From: a bacterium
Lineage (GTDB): Bacteria > Patescibacteriota > Patescibacteriia > UBA9570
Assembly (NCBI GenBank): GCA_030698395.1
Contig: JAUYKW010000001.1
Location: 29,735-93,734 of the forward strand
Reading direction: 5' to 3'
DNA length: 64,000 nt
A program made the position numbers and the translations under genes. Below, one piece after another: positions 49,168-58,147 of the stretch (its first letter is position 1; each line of letters starts with the position of its first letter). The notes below the pieces were generated by a model. It did no database searches and was not told the origin of the DNA. It saw nothing but the letters and a program-made list of their open reading frames with translations.

Positions 49168-50127
49168 TCACAACACTCGAGGAGTAAACTGCGTGAGATC
49201 CAGGTTGTCCAAGTGTGGATACAACCTAATCACGTAGTGGCGCAGACCGCTCACGAACAGTGGCAACTTGGCCAACCGATAGTTACGACTCCGCAACCAC
49301 TGAGGCTTGTCACTAGCATACACAGGCGTTCCTTCGGTCATGGCAATTGCACCACCATCGTCGATCACTTCGTTGACGAAGTGCAACGTCGCTCCAGTGA
49401 CGGTGTGTACTCCATCTCGGGCGCGAACCAACGCATCAGTAGTCGGAGTGGGTCCGCGCAGACAGTGAGGACTCTCCCGCACCGTAATCGCAGGATGAAT
49501 GTTGATCACCCGACCCATCAAACCGAATTCCGCCGTAATCAGATGATCAATCTGTGCCATATAGTGATCCGATACCAGAACGTCCCCGTGGACCTCTTGA
49601 AACAGCGTCAAAACGGACCGTTCGAACTCGAGCTTGGCACGCTTCCTGCCGACTCGATCGGTCTTTGGCAGCTTCCGGAAACTAGATGGCTGATTGATGG
49701 TACGCTCAGTCACCCGCTGACCATTCGCCAACCGCAGATCGTGAGGATGAAGCCAAGGTCTCCCTGCCTGAGGGGCACACGGATAAGCTCGCAGCTTATC
49801 CTTAGGATGATCGTCCGTGATCACCAGCACAACCTCGATCAACCCATGCAACATACCACCCGGCCGTGCAGCCAGAACGGTACGTTGAATCGCACCTTCC
49901 ATGTAGCGAATACCGTCAGGCATGTACACATTCAAGCCATTGCAATCACAAGCGCCGGTATCTCGAACAGAGGTGAGAAACACAATTCGCAACGGCCTAT
50001 CCGGATGAACTGCAGGCTTGGTCCAATCAGCAAAAAGATTCGTGAGCATCTTTTTTCCTCGGAATGTTGTGGAGACGAAACGAGACTGGTGATTCTTACT
50101 ACCAGTCTCGAAATATGCCCACAACAT
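49168..50127 (-). CDS. Formyl-transferase family protein (PurN/PurU/sugar N-formyltransferase-like) on a GC-rich island of foreign composition
   Basis: Formyl_trans_N hallmarks: GRVINIHPAITVRESPHCLRG (NIHPSLLP-like) and HTVTGATLHFVNEVIDDGGAI (HGxTVHFVxxxxDxGxII-like). The N-terminal Rossmann strand is RIVFLTSVRDTG. Strongly G/C-ending codons, unlike the neighbours. Confidence 0.6.
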   Translation of the reverse strand: MLWAYFETGSKNHQSRFVSTTFRGKKMLTNLFADWTKPAVHPDRPLRIVFLTSVRDTGACDCNGLNVYMPDGIRYMEGAIQRTVLAARPGGMLHGLIEVVLVITDDHPKDKLRAYPCAPQAGRPWLHPHDLRLANGQRVTERTINQPSSFRKLPKTDRVGRKRAKLEFERSVLTLFQEVHGDVLVSDHYMAQIDHLITAEFGLMGRVINIHPAITVRESPHCLRGPTPTTDALVRARDGVHTVTGATLHFVNEVIDDGGAIAMTEGTPVYASDKPQWLRSRNYRLAKLPLFVSGLRHYVIRLYPHLDNLDLTQFTPRVL

Positions 50128-50221
50128 AATAATTAAGACCGATCACATATTCATGCTCTTCTTTAATTGATTAACTATTTTTTCTCTAAACATATTATTG
50201 TATTAAGTTAATTACTATAAA

Positions 50222-50242
50222 CAAAAAACCGCCCATCGGCGG
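50222..50242 (-). terminator. Orphan terminator-like hairpin on the minus strand
   Basis: On the minus strand, ACCGCC-GATG-GGCGGT is followed by TTTTTT (the plus-strand A-run at 50222-50227). No annotated minus-strand gene lies upstream of it. Confidence 0.35.
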
Positions 50243-50493
50243 TCTGAATTTATACAATTTATATAAAAAAGCTACCGCCAATATTGGTGATCTTGCTTCT
50301 TCTTATTAATTTGCAAAACTAAATTTAACATATGAAAGAAGTATAGCGGAATTCATAAATGTGTCAAGAAAAATTAAAGGCAAAATCCAGTACAGCACCA
50401 ATAATAAAGACAAGGGTAAATTACAGTCTATCTAAAATGATTAAAAAACGTACTTTGACGAAACGTCTATTTTAAGCTAAATTATAACCATAT

Positions 50494-51732
50494 ATGAAGA
50501 AAATAGTTATCTTAGGTGCTGGTACAGCTGGCACAATAATGGCAAATAAACTAGCCAAAAAGATTGATCGTAATAATTGGTCGATTACTTTAATTGATAA
50601 GCACGAAACTCATTATTATCAACCAGGTTTTTTATTTATTCCCTTTGGCATCTATTCAAAAAAGGATGTAATTAAACCAAAGAAATCATTCGTGCCTAGC
50701 GGGGTTGAATACATTCAAAAATCGGTGAATATAATCAATCCAGAATCAAATGAAATTGAATTAGCTGATAACCAAAAAATTTCTTACGACATTTTAATTA
50801 TCGCAACCGGTTCGCAGATTGTTCCGGATGAAATTGAAGGATTAAAAGGAGTAGGTTGGCAAAAAAATGTTTTTGATTTTTATACTATAGAAGGAACAAT
50901 CTCCCTTGGAGAAAAACTTAAAACTTGGGAAGGAGGCAAGTTAGTCGTTCATCTTGCAGAAATGCCAATCAAGTGTCCAGTAGCTCCCCTCGAATTCACA
51001 TTTCTATCTGATTGGTTTTTTACTAAAAAAGGCATGCGCGATAAAGTAGATATTTCTTTTGTAACTCCCCTTTCTGGCGCATTCACCAAAGAACAGGCAT
51101 CCAAAAAGCTGGGTAACCTACTCCAAGAAAAAAATATCAATCTCGTACCAGACTTTGCAGTAGAAAAAGTTGATGAAGAAAAAAATGTTATCTATTCATA
51201 CGATGACAAACAAGTTGAGTATGATCTTCTAGTGTCAATTCCTACGAATATGGGCGATGCGATCATTGAACGTTCTGGCTTAGGTGATGAATTAAGATTC
51301 GTACCTACCGATCCCCAAACATTACAATCCTTAAAACACAAGAACATTTTTGTTGTTGGTGATGCTGCGGCCCTCAAGAGTTCCAAAGCTGGATCAGTTG
51401 CTCATTTTCAAGCAGAAATTCTGGAACATAATATTATGCATTTTATTAACAACGAACCATTACAAGAAAAATTTGATGGTCACGCTAATTGCTTTATTGA
51501 ATCCGGACATGGCAAAGCTTTCTTAATAGATTTTAACTATGACACTGAACCAGTAGCAGGTACATTTCCTGTTCCAGTACTCGGTCCATTTTCTTTGTTG
51601 AAAGAATCCCGCATTAATCACTGGGGCAAACTAGCATTTCGCTGGATGTATTGGAACGTTCTATTAAAAGGTTTTTCTATTCCTGGAATAAAATCCAAAA
51701 TGAGTAAAATAGGTAAAAAATTAACCAAATAA
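50494..51732 (+). CDS. sqr: Sulfide:quinone oxidoreductase-type flavoprotein (FAD-dependent pyridine nucleotide-disulfide oxidoreductase)
   Basis: N-terminal Rossmann fold KKIVILGAGTAGTIMANKL, and Cys positions (IKCPVAPLEF, HANCFIESGHG) consistent with the SQR redox cysteines. Confidence 0.65.
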   Translation: MKKIVILGAGTAGTIMANKLAKKIDRNNWSITLIDKHETHYYQPGFLFIPFGIYSKKDVIKPKKSFVPSGVEYIQKSVNIINPESNEIELADNQKISYDILIIATGSQIVPDEIEGLKGVGWQKNVFDFYTIEGTISLGEKLKTWEGGKLVVHLAEMPIKCPVAPLEFTFLSDWFFTKKGMRDKVDISFVTPLSGAFTKEQASKKLGNLLQEKNINLVPDFAVEKVDEEKNVIYSYDDKQVEYDLLVSIPTNMGDAIIERSGLGDELRFVPTDPQTLQSLKHKNIFVVGDAAALKSSKAGSVAHFQAEILEHNIMHFINNEPLQEKFDGHANCFIESGHGKAFLIDFNYDTEPVAGTFPVPVLGPFSLLKESRINHWGKLAFRWMYWNVLLKGFSIPGIKSKMSKIGKKLTK

Positions 51733-51737
51733 TTAAT

Positions 51738-52055
51738 ATGCCAACAGCAACATTTGGAAATCATCAAGTAGAAGTGAATGACGAAGGATTTTTAACTGAT
51801 CCCACTCAATGGAACAAAGAAATAGCAGACGCAATTGCAAAGGAAGTTAACATCCCAGAACTTACACCAAAACATTGGGAATTGATAGATTATCTTCGGA
51901 AGTATTATACAGAAAAAAATGACATGCCTTCAATTCGTTTTCTAAAAAAGAACGGCATTATCCCTATTAAAGATTTATACAGCCTATTTCCGGATGGGCC
52001 TTTAAAAAAAGCATCTAAGATAGCTGGATTACCCAAGCCATATAGTTGCGTTTAA
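51738..52055 (+). CDS. tusE: TusE/DsrC-family sulfur-relay protein
   Basis: C-terminus ...LFPDGPLKKASKIAGLPKPYSCV matches TusE/DsrC (...LFPKGPAKQATKIAGLPKPxxCx) with the penultimate-region Cys. 105 aa. Confidence 0.75.
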   Translation: MPTATFGNHQVEVNDEGFLTDPTQWNKEIADAIAKEVNIPELTPKHWELIDYLRKYYTEKNDMPSIRFLKKNGIIPIKDLYSLFPDGPLKKASKIAGLPKPYSCV

Positions 52056-52067
52056 AATTATAAATAT

Positions 52068-52538
52068 ATGGAAGAAGAAAAAATCAAGAAAGTATCTATC
52101 ATTTGTTCTAAAGGTTCTCTAGAAGGAGTATACCCAGCATTAATATTAGCCAATGGTGCGCGGATGGAAGGTATTGAAGCATCAATATTCTTCACCTTCT
52201 TTGGCTTAGATGCTATCACTAAAAAAAGGATGGGTAACATAAAAGTTTCCACAGTTGGAAATCCAGGAATGCACATTCCAACAGTAGTAGGATCAATCCC
52301 CGGCATGTCTGCAATGGCTACTGCGATGATGAAGAAAACTATCGCAGGCATAGACATCCCTCCAATTGATGAATTTATCGAAATGATTCATGAAGCTGGC
52401 GGTAAACTTTATGGCTGCAAAGCTTCAGTAGATATGTTCAAGCTAACCAAAGACGATTTCTGCGAACAAGTAGAAAAAATTCTTACAGTAGGTGAATTTT
52501 ACGAGATGTCAGCCGGAGCTCAAATAATCTTTACCTAA
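52068..52538 (+). CDS. DsrE/DsrF-like (TusD-like) sulfur-relay family protein
   Basis: KKVSIICSKGSLEGVYPALILANGA...IFFTFFGL and a later conserved Cys (LYGCKASVDMF), as in DsrE-like proteins; adjacent to tusE. Confidence 0.5.
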   Translation: MEEEKIKKVSIICSKGSLEGVYPALILANGARMEGIEASIFFTFFGLDAITKKRMGNIKVSTVGNPGMHIPTVVGSIPGMSAMATAMMKKTIAGIDIPPIDEFIEMIHEAGGKLYGCKASVDMFKLTKDDFCEQVEKILTVGEFYEMSAGAQIIFT

Positions 52539-52573
52539 TCGCTCCAGATCTAACAGCAAATCTCTGTATTCAT

Positions 52574-53563
52574 ATGAATAATTGGCAGACATTCTTTAAA
52601 CACGATCCAATTAAGCCTTTGCTGGCATCAAACATAAATGCAATTATTTATTTCACCAAGAAAGATTTATTAGAAGAAAAGGTTGCTCCAATAAAAACTT
52701 TATGGGAGGAAAAACCTGCTCAATCGATAATTAGAAGACAGCTAGCAAATGGATCATGGAAATATCCCAATCCAAAAGCTGGACTAAGAAGTGCTACAAA
52801 TGATAATCGATTAGAAAAATATCGCCAGCTTGGTTTCTTAGTAGAGAAATATGGCTTCAACCGAAAACATATTTCAATCCAAAAAACTGCTAATTATTTA
52901 TTATCCTTTCAAACAAAAGAAGGTGACATTCGTGGTATCTATGGAAACCAATACACACCAAATTATGCAGCTGCCATCACTAAATTGTTAGTTAAAGCTG
53001 GCTACGAAAAAGATGCCCGCATAATAAAAATGTATGAATGGCTACTTGAATGCAGACAAAATGATAGTGGTTGGGCCTTACCTTTCCGAAAAGAAAAAAC
53101 TACTTTAAATGCTATCCAGCAACCAAAAACTATTGCCTTCGATCCAACTAAACCATCTTCACATCTAATCACCGGAATCGTCCTCCGCGCATTAGCTGCT
53201 CACCATATTTACCGCAAATCTTCAGCTGCTAAACAAGCAATGGAGTTATTGATTTCAAGATTCTTTCAACGTGATAAATATATTGATAGACAGGCCGTAG
53301 AATACTGGACAAGATTCGCCTATCCTTTATGGCAAACTGAAATACTATCCGCATTAGATTCAATTTCTAAAATAAATCCTAAAAATACAGAACCAAATGT
53401 AGAAAAAGCTCTAGCATGGTTTCAATCACATCAAAATAACAATGGTTTATTTAATGCAAAAACCACAATGGGAAATCAACAAGAAAGTTCATTTTGGATA
53501 TCGTTAGCTATTTGCCGAGTAATAAAAAGAATTATTGAAGCTAACCCTAGACTACTAACATAA
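52574..53563 (+). CDS. Alpha/alpha-toroid protein with prenyltransferase/terpene-cyclase-like repeats
   Basis: Spaced repeats of the xxxGxW/F type (RQLANGSWKYPN, QTKEGDIRGIYGN, RQNDSGWALPF, HQNNNGLFNAKT) typical of PFTB/squalene-cyclase-like repeats. Confidence 0.4.
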   Translation: MNNWQTFFKHDPIKPLLASNINAIIYFTKKDLLEEKVAPIKTLWEEKPAQSIIRRQLANGSWKYPNPKAGLRSATNDNRLEKYRQLGFLVEKYGFNRKHISIQKTANYLLSFQTKEGDIRGIYGNQYTPNYAAAITKLLVKAGYEKDARIIKMYEWLLECRQNDSGWALPFRKEKTTLNAIQQPKTIAFDPTKPSSHLITGIVLRALAAHHIYRKSSAAKQAMELLISRFFQRDKYIDRQAVEYWTRFAYPLWQTEILSALDSISKINPKNTEPNVEKALAWFQSHQNNNGLFNAKTTMGNQQESSFWISLAICRVIKRIIEANPRLLT

Positions 53564-53569
53564 TTATAT

Positions 53570-54019
53570 ATGAGTTACGAAAGAAAAATTGATAAAAAAA
53601 AGAAAGATCCTAAACAAGATGTGTGGCAAGCTTATATGAATGATTTTGTTTCAAGTATAGAAGCAGAACTTACACCAGATGAGCTTGAAGAAGTTGCACA
53701 AGCAGAAAGTCGTATAGAAGCAGTATTTGATCTTGCCGTAACGAACACAGAAAGATTCAAAGATAAGTTAGCCGATATAATAAAACATATATACATATTA
53801 TCCAATACAATTATATTCAGCTATGCTCTTAATAATGGAATATTTATTGATAAAAACGGTGAAATTGTTGTTATTAAATCACAAACATTTGGAACTGATT
53901 TCACGGAAAAAACAAAGACAAGAAAACGCAATTTTACGTATGAAGTCTTAACTGGCCCGAATAAAGGTAAAATACTAGATAGTGATGAATATCCACTTTG
54001 GTCTCCAGCTGATAGATAA
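53570..54019 (+). CDS. Hypothetical cytoplasmic protein
   Basis: 149 aa with no recognised motif; 6 bp after the previous gene. Confidence 0.35.
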   Translation: MSYERKIDKKKKDPKQDVWQAYMNDFVSSIEAELTPDELEEVAQAESRIEAVFDLAVTNTERFKDKLADIIKHIYILSNTIIFSYALNNGIFIDKNGEIVVIKSQTFGTDFTEKTKTRKRNFTYEVLTGPNKGKILDSDEYPLWSPADR

Positions 54020-54073
54020 AAACTATCCGAAAAAAGACTTGTAAAAAGGAAAAATTATTGTACACTACACTGG

Positions 54074-54724
54074 ATGAAATACAACTTAAAAAATGAACTA
54101 CTTAAAATTAAAAAAGGGATATTCTTATTAGATAAGATTGCAGTTGTTTTAGTATTTACTTTATTAGGTATTTTCAGTCCGGAATATGTTGTAATGGTTG
54201 CATACGCTGCAATTATCGGATATCTATTTATCAGTAAACGAAAAATCCTATTAAAACATCTCTGGGTTGCTACCGGCATATCAGTTATTTGGTTGCTGGT
54301 ATCAAAAAATCAATATGGTTATGCCGAAAATTACTTAACAGTATTTGGCTACAACCTATTTCCTTTGTTTACTCTGCCAATTGCATTACTAGGTATGTAT
54401 GTTGTTTATGCTCAAGCAGTGCGTTTGATATCTAATAAAACCGCTGTAAAAAAATCTTTATTATTTTTATCGATGTACTGGCCAGTTTTAATTATTGCCG
54501 AATTCATAGGATACAACTGGCTTAATATTCATAATCAAGCAACTGCCATGTATAGTGGCCTACCTTTTTGTAATTGTTTTCACGCACCACTCTGGATGCA
54601 AATAAGCTACTTCTCTTTTGGTCCATTATTCATGCTGGCCACATACCTCATTGGTATCAAAAATCCATATCTACCAGAGGTAGAGGCAGAACCAAGTATC
54701 ATCCCTCCAGCAAAGAACTTTTAA
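54074..54724 (+). CDS. Integral membrane protein (about 6 transmembrane helices), hypothetical
   Basis: Hydrophobicity only. Confidence 0.4.
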   Translation: MKYNLKNELLKIKKGIFLLDKIAVVLVFTLLGIFSPEYVVMVAYAAIIGYLFISKRKILLKHLWVATGISVIWLLVSKNQYGYAENYLTVFGYNLFPLFTLPIALLGMYVVYAQAVRLISNKTAVKKSLLFLSMYWPVLIIAEFIGYNWLNIHNQATAMYSGLPFCNCFHAPLWMQISYFSFGPLFMLATYLIGIKNPYLPEVEAEPSIIPPAKNF

Positions 54725-54726
54725 AC

Positions 54727-55389
54727 TTAAAATTTAAAAGGATTGAAGTTGGTATCTTTATCAAGATAATCAACTTTTTCAATTTGCTTCAACCAGTTTA
54801 CAATCCTGTATGTAACCGGCAATAATAAAACTTCAACTAACAACTTAAATACATAATTAGAAACAATCACAGTTATTAGTAATCCTGGTGAAAGTACTCC
54901 AGCAAATGCAATTAGCACAAACACGACTGTATCCAAGCCTTGACCAACAACAGTAGATCCAATTGCTCTTAACCAAAAACTTTTTCCTTCGCTCCAAACT
55001 TTTAATTTAGCTAATACAAAAGCATTGCTAAATTCCCCTAGCCAATATGCAATTAAGCTAGCAATCACAATTCGCGGAGTTAATCCTAAAATTGCATCGT
55101 AGGCATCTTGATATGGCCAATCGCCCGCTGCTGGCAACTTTCCAATAATTATAAAAGTAAGTGCCATTAATAAAGCACTGGCAAATCCAATCCAAATAAC
55201 TTTGCGCGATTGTTTGTATCCATAAACCTCAGTTAAGATATCACCAAATATATATGCTAATGGAAATAATAATGTTCCCCCATCAAATGTAAACCAAACA
55301 AAATCTATAATTTTTGTGGACGCAACATTCGATATTAATAATACCGCAACAAAGAGGCCAGTAATTGTACTAAAATGCTTATAATTCAT
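54727..55389 (-). CDS. yhhQ: Queuosine-precursor transporter (YhhQ/DUF165, VUT family)
   Basis: LFVAVLLISNVASTKIIDFVWFTFDGGTLLFPLAYIFGDILTEVYGYKQSRKVIW matches the YhhQ family core. Confidence 0.7.
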   Translation of the reverse strand: MNYKHFSTITGLFVAVLLISNVASTKIIDFVWFTFDGGTLLFPLAYIFGDILTEVYGYKQSRKVIWIGFASALLMALTFIIIGKLPAAGDWPYQDAYDAILGLTPRIVIASLIAYWLGEFSNAFVLAKLKVWSEGKSFWLRAIGSTVVGQGLDTVVFVLIAFAGVLSPGLLITVIVSNYVFKLLVEVLLLPVTYRIVNWLKQIEKVDYLDKDTNFNPFKF

Positions 55390-55419
55390 GATTGATTACT
55401 CTAATTATTTTATTATATA

Positions 55420-56670
55420 TTAATATCCAAATTCTTCGTAAGCAATATCATCTTTTGATACGCCTACGTCTTCTAACTGCTCCATCAATGCTTCTCTCAT
55501 AGCATCAGGACCACAGATAAAAAATTGTTTATTTGAAAATTCAGTTAAATGTTGTTGTAAAGTTTTTATCGTTAAATATCCAGCCGTAGCCTCACAAACT
55601 TCTAAATAATGAAAGTTCTTATGCGTAACTGCTAACTGCATAAAATCTTCATTAAATGCAAAGCTTGATTCATCCTTGGCGCAAAAAAATAAATGAATCT
55701 CTCTGTCCGGATAATTTTCTAATTCATGACTAATAATACTACGAAAAGGTGTAATTCCAATTCCACCTGCTATGAATACTAAAGGTGCCGTTGTATCTTT
55801 CACTACTTTATAAAGCGTTCCATAAGCACCAGTGATAAACATATGATTATCTTTTTTTAAATGAGACAATACTCTAGTAAAATTACCTACCACCTTAAAT
55901 GTTACCTCTGCACTATCCTCGTTTATACGTGATAATGACATTGGATGATTATCACCCATTCTGGAGACTCCAAGCATGACATATTGACCAGGTTCCCACA
56001 TTCTAAGTAATGTTGGCTTAACTGCAAATGTAATATTATAAATATTATCAGCTACTTTCCTATTGTCAATTATTCTTGATTTAAATGATAACCATTTTAA
56101 ATCAAAGAAAAATTTAGTTAACATCGCTACAGTACAAAAACTAAACAGAAAAATATAATAAATACCAGTTGGTGTTCTGAGTGGTAACGACACTAAGCCA
56201 TGAATAAAAATCATTACAAAAAACACATAGTTTAGATAATGTAACAAATTCCAGATCTCATAGTATTTCTTTCTAATAATATGAGATGCAATAACTGTTA
56301 GCACAAGCAATAGTAAGCTAATGGATCCTAAAGCAACTAACAGGCCATAACCACTAATAAATGGCAATACTACTGTCCAATCCTTATATAACATAGAAAC
56401 AGCCATAGGATGCAAAATAACCAAATACGCAGCAACTAAACCTAGAGTATTGTGTACTTTGCCCAACATATTTGGAGTAAACAAGCTACGTAAATATCCT
56501 TGTCTGAAACCAGATACAATTAACCATGCAAAGCTAATAAATGCTGCATCCGTGATCATTTTAGAGAATGTTTTTGCCGGCGTAGCGTAATCGTATAATA
56601 TACGAAAAAGTAACGGTGTATAAGAAACAGCTAATACTGTAAATCCCATAAAGTTATTCTCCTTTTTCAT
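55420..56670 (-). CDS. Bacterial NOX/ferric-reductase-like membrane flavocytochrome: a 6-transmembrane-helix ferric-reductase domain fused to an FNR-like FAD/NAD(P)H domain
   Basis: Transmembrane region with paired His (VILHPMAVSMLY, LHYLNYVFFVMIFIHGL). FAD-binding HPMSLS (RxYS-like). NAD-binding glycine loop FIAGGIGITPFRSII. C-terminal CGPDAM. Confidence 0.6.
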   Translation of the reverse strand: MKKENNFMGFTVLAVSYTPLLFRILYDYATPAKTFSKMITDAAFISFAWLIVSGFRQGYLRSLFTPNMLGKVHNTLGLVAAYLVILHPMAVSMLYKDWTVVLPFISGYGLLVALGSISLLLLVLTVIASHIIRKKYYEIWNLLHYLNYVFFVMIFIHGLVSLPLRTPTGIYYIFLFSFCTVAMLTKFFFDLKWLSFKSRIIDNRKVADNIYNITFAVKPTLLRMWEPGQYVMLGVSRMGDNHPMSLSRINEDSAEVTFKVVGNFTRVLSHLKKDNHMFITGAYGTLYKVVKDTTAPLVFIAGGIGITPFRSIISHELENYPDREIHLFFCAKDESSFAFNEDFMQLAVTHKNFHYLEVCEATAGYLTIKTLQQHLTEFSNKQFFICGPDAMREALMEQLEDVGVSKDDIAYEEFGY

Positions 56671-56744
56671 TAACTCATTTTAACAAATAAACAATATAGT
56701 GTATATTGAACGTAAGATAATCTATTAATTTATCTAAAAATATT

Positions 56745-57542
56745 ATGAACTCCGTTCAAAAAAGTTTATTCATACTAGCCATCGCAATCGGCATGATCGG
56801 CTGGATAATGTTCGGTTATCAATTCACCCAAACAGAGGAAACCGAAACAATAGTCACAAATGAAACAACGAATGAAGTCATGGAAGAAGCAGTAGAAGCT
56901 GAAGAAGAACTAACCTATGAACCAATTGAAAAATCATATATTGGAGAAACGATCCTTATGCCAGAACCAGATCTTGTAGGCACCGTGCCAGTAGAAACAG
57001 CTCTAGCAACCAGACGTAGTAATCGTAGTTTTAGCGAAACAGCCCTTACAACTAGTGAGCTTGGACAAATATTATGGTCAGCTCAAGGTATTACAAACGA
57101 AGAAACCGGCTATCGCACAGCACCATCAGCAAAAAGTATTTATCCTATTAACTTATATGTAGTAGTAAGAAACGTAGATGGTGTTGAACCTGGCCTCTAT
57201 CACTATATTCCGGCAGAACACGGCTTAAAACTACTCTTAGCAGGCAATAATCTACTGCTAGAGGACGATCAACAAGATAGTGTAAAGGCAGGTGCTGCGG
57301 TATTAGTATATGGAGCTATCTATCCAAAAATTCAAATTGATTTTGGTGTTGAGGGTGGCATTAAAGTAGCATTACAAGAAAGTGGTCATATTGGAGAAAA
57401 CATCTACTTGCAAGCAGAAGCATTAAATTTATCAACTGTCGTAGTAGGTGGTTTTAATCCAGTTGCTGTTCAAGAAGCTTTAATGCTAGCTGCAGACGAA
57501 ACCGTAATTTATCTACAACCATTAGGTCACGATGTTGAATAA
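56745..57542 (+). CDS. SagB-type dehydrogenase/nitroreductase-family protein with an N-terminal membrane anchor
   Basis: TRRSNRSFSE...LGQILWSAQGITNEETGYRTAPSAKSIYPINLYVVVRNVDGVEPGLYHY matches the SagB-type FMN dehydrogenase domain. Confidence 0.55.
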   Translation: MNSVQKSLFILAIAIGMIGWIMFGYQFTQTEETETIVTNETTNEVMEEAVEAEEELTYEPIEKSYIGETILMPEPDLVGTVPVETALATRRSNRSFSETALTTSELGQILWSAQGITNEETGYRTAPSAKSIYPINLYVVVRNVDGVEPGLYHYIPAEHGLKLLLAGNNLLLEDDQQDSVKAGAAVLVYGAIYPKIQIDFGVEGGIKVALQESGHIGENIYLQAEALNLSTVVVGGFNPVAVQEALMLAADETVIYLQPLGHDVE

Positions 57543-58110
57543 GTTATTCCGTCTTGTTTTATCATTCTTTATAGTTTCAGGATTCATTTTTGGTTCTAAT
57601 ATAGCATATGGTCAAATAGATTCTGATTACTCAGCACGAGCATCTCGAGTATTCACTTTAGATGAATTAGCAGTTTTTGATGGCAGCGATGATCGACCAA
57701 CTTATGTTGGCTACAAAGATCTAATATATGATGTTTCTGATAGTCCTCTGTTTAAAGCAGGAGATCATTATGGACACTTATCTGGTAAAGATTTAACACC
57801 AAACATGGAAGGTGCTCCTCATGCAGACGAAGTATTTGTTGGTTTTGAAGTAGTAGGACGACTAACTCCATTAGAAATTGAGTTAATACCAGCCGATACT
57901 ACTAAAGAAGAATTCACAATATACAACCAAACCCCAGCAACTTGGCTCGCATACTTGTTGGCAATTCTTGTCATACTATATATAGCCAGTCGTTACATGA
58001 TTCCTGGATCCAATACCTACACCACTAAATTCTCAAAAATTCTTTTAAGTACAATTGCAACATTAATAATCCTAAACGCAGTTTTAGGCATATATCAAAA
58101 TATTCTCTAA
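57532..58110 (+). CDS. Cytochrome b5-like heme/steroid-binding (MAPR-like) domain protein with N- and C-terminal transmembrane helices
   Basis: FTLDELAVFDGSDDRPTYVGYKDLIYDVSDSPLFKAGDHYGHLSGKDLT fits the cyt-b5-like/MAPR domain consensus. The start overlaps the preceding gene by 11 nt. Confidence 0.55.
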   Translation: MLNKLFRLVLSFFIVSGFIFGSNIAYGQIDSDYSARASRVFTLDELAVFDGSDDRPTYVGYKDLIYDVSDSPLFKAGDHYGHLSGKDLTPNMEGAPHADEVFVGFEVVGRLTPLEIELIPADTTKEEFTIYNQTPATWLAYLLAILVILYIASRYMIPGSNTYTTKFSKILLSTIATLIILNAVLGIYQNIL

Positions 58111-58113
58111 AAT

Positions 58114-58138
58114 CTGTTTAGAGCTAGATTCTAAACGA
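58114..58138. terminator. Bidirectional terminator hairpin between convergent genes
   Basis: GTTTAGA-gctagat-TCTAAAC: a 7-bp stem. Confidence 0.4.
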
Positions 58139-58147
58139 AGATTATGG

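Noticed and set aside
49111-50136. 341-aa plus-strand ORF covering GC-rich island 2
   Set aside because: It is the antisense of the formyltransferase ORF. High-GC DNA keeps both strands open. Only the minus-strand frame shows recognisable formyl-transferase motifs.
52058-52357. 99-aa minus-strand ORF inside the DsrE-like gene
   Set aside because: It is the antisense of a well-supported plus-strand gene in a tightly packed operon; no independent support.
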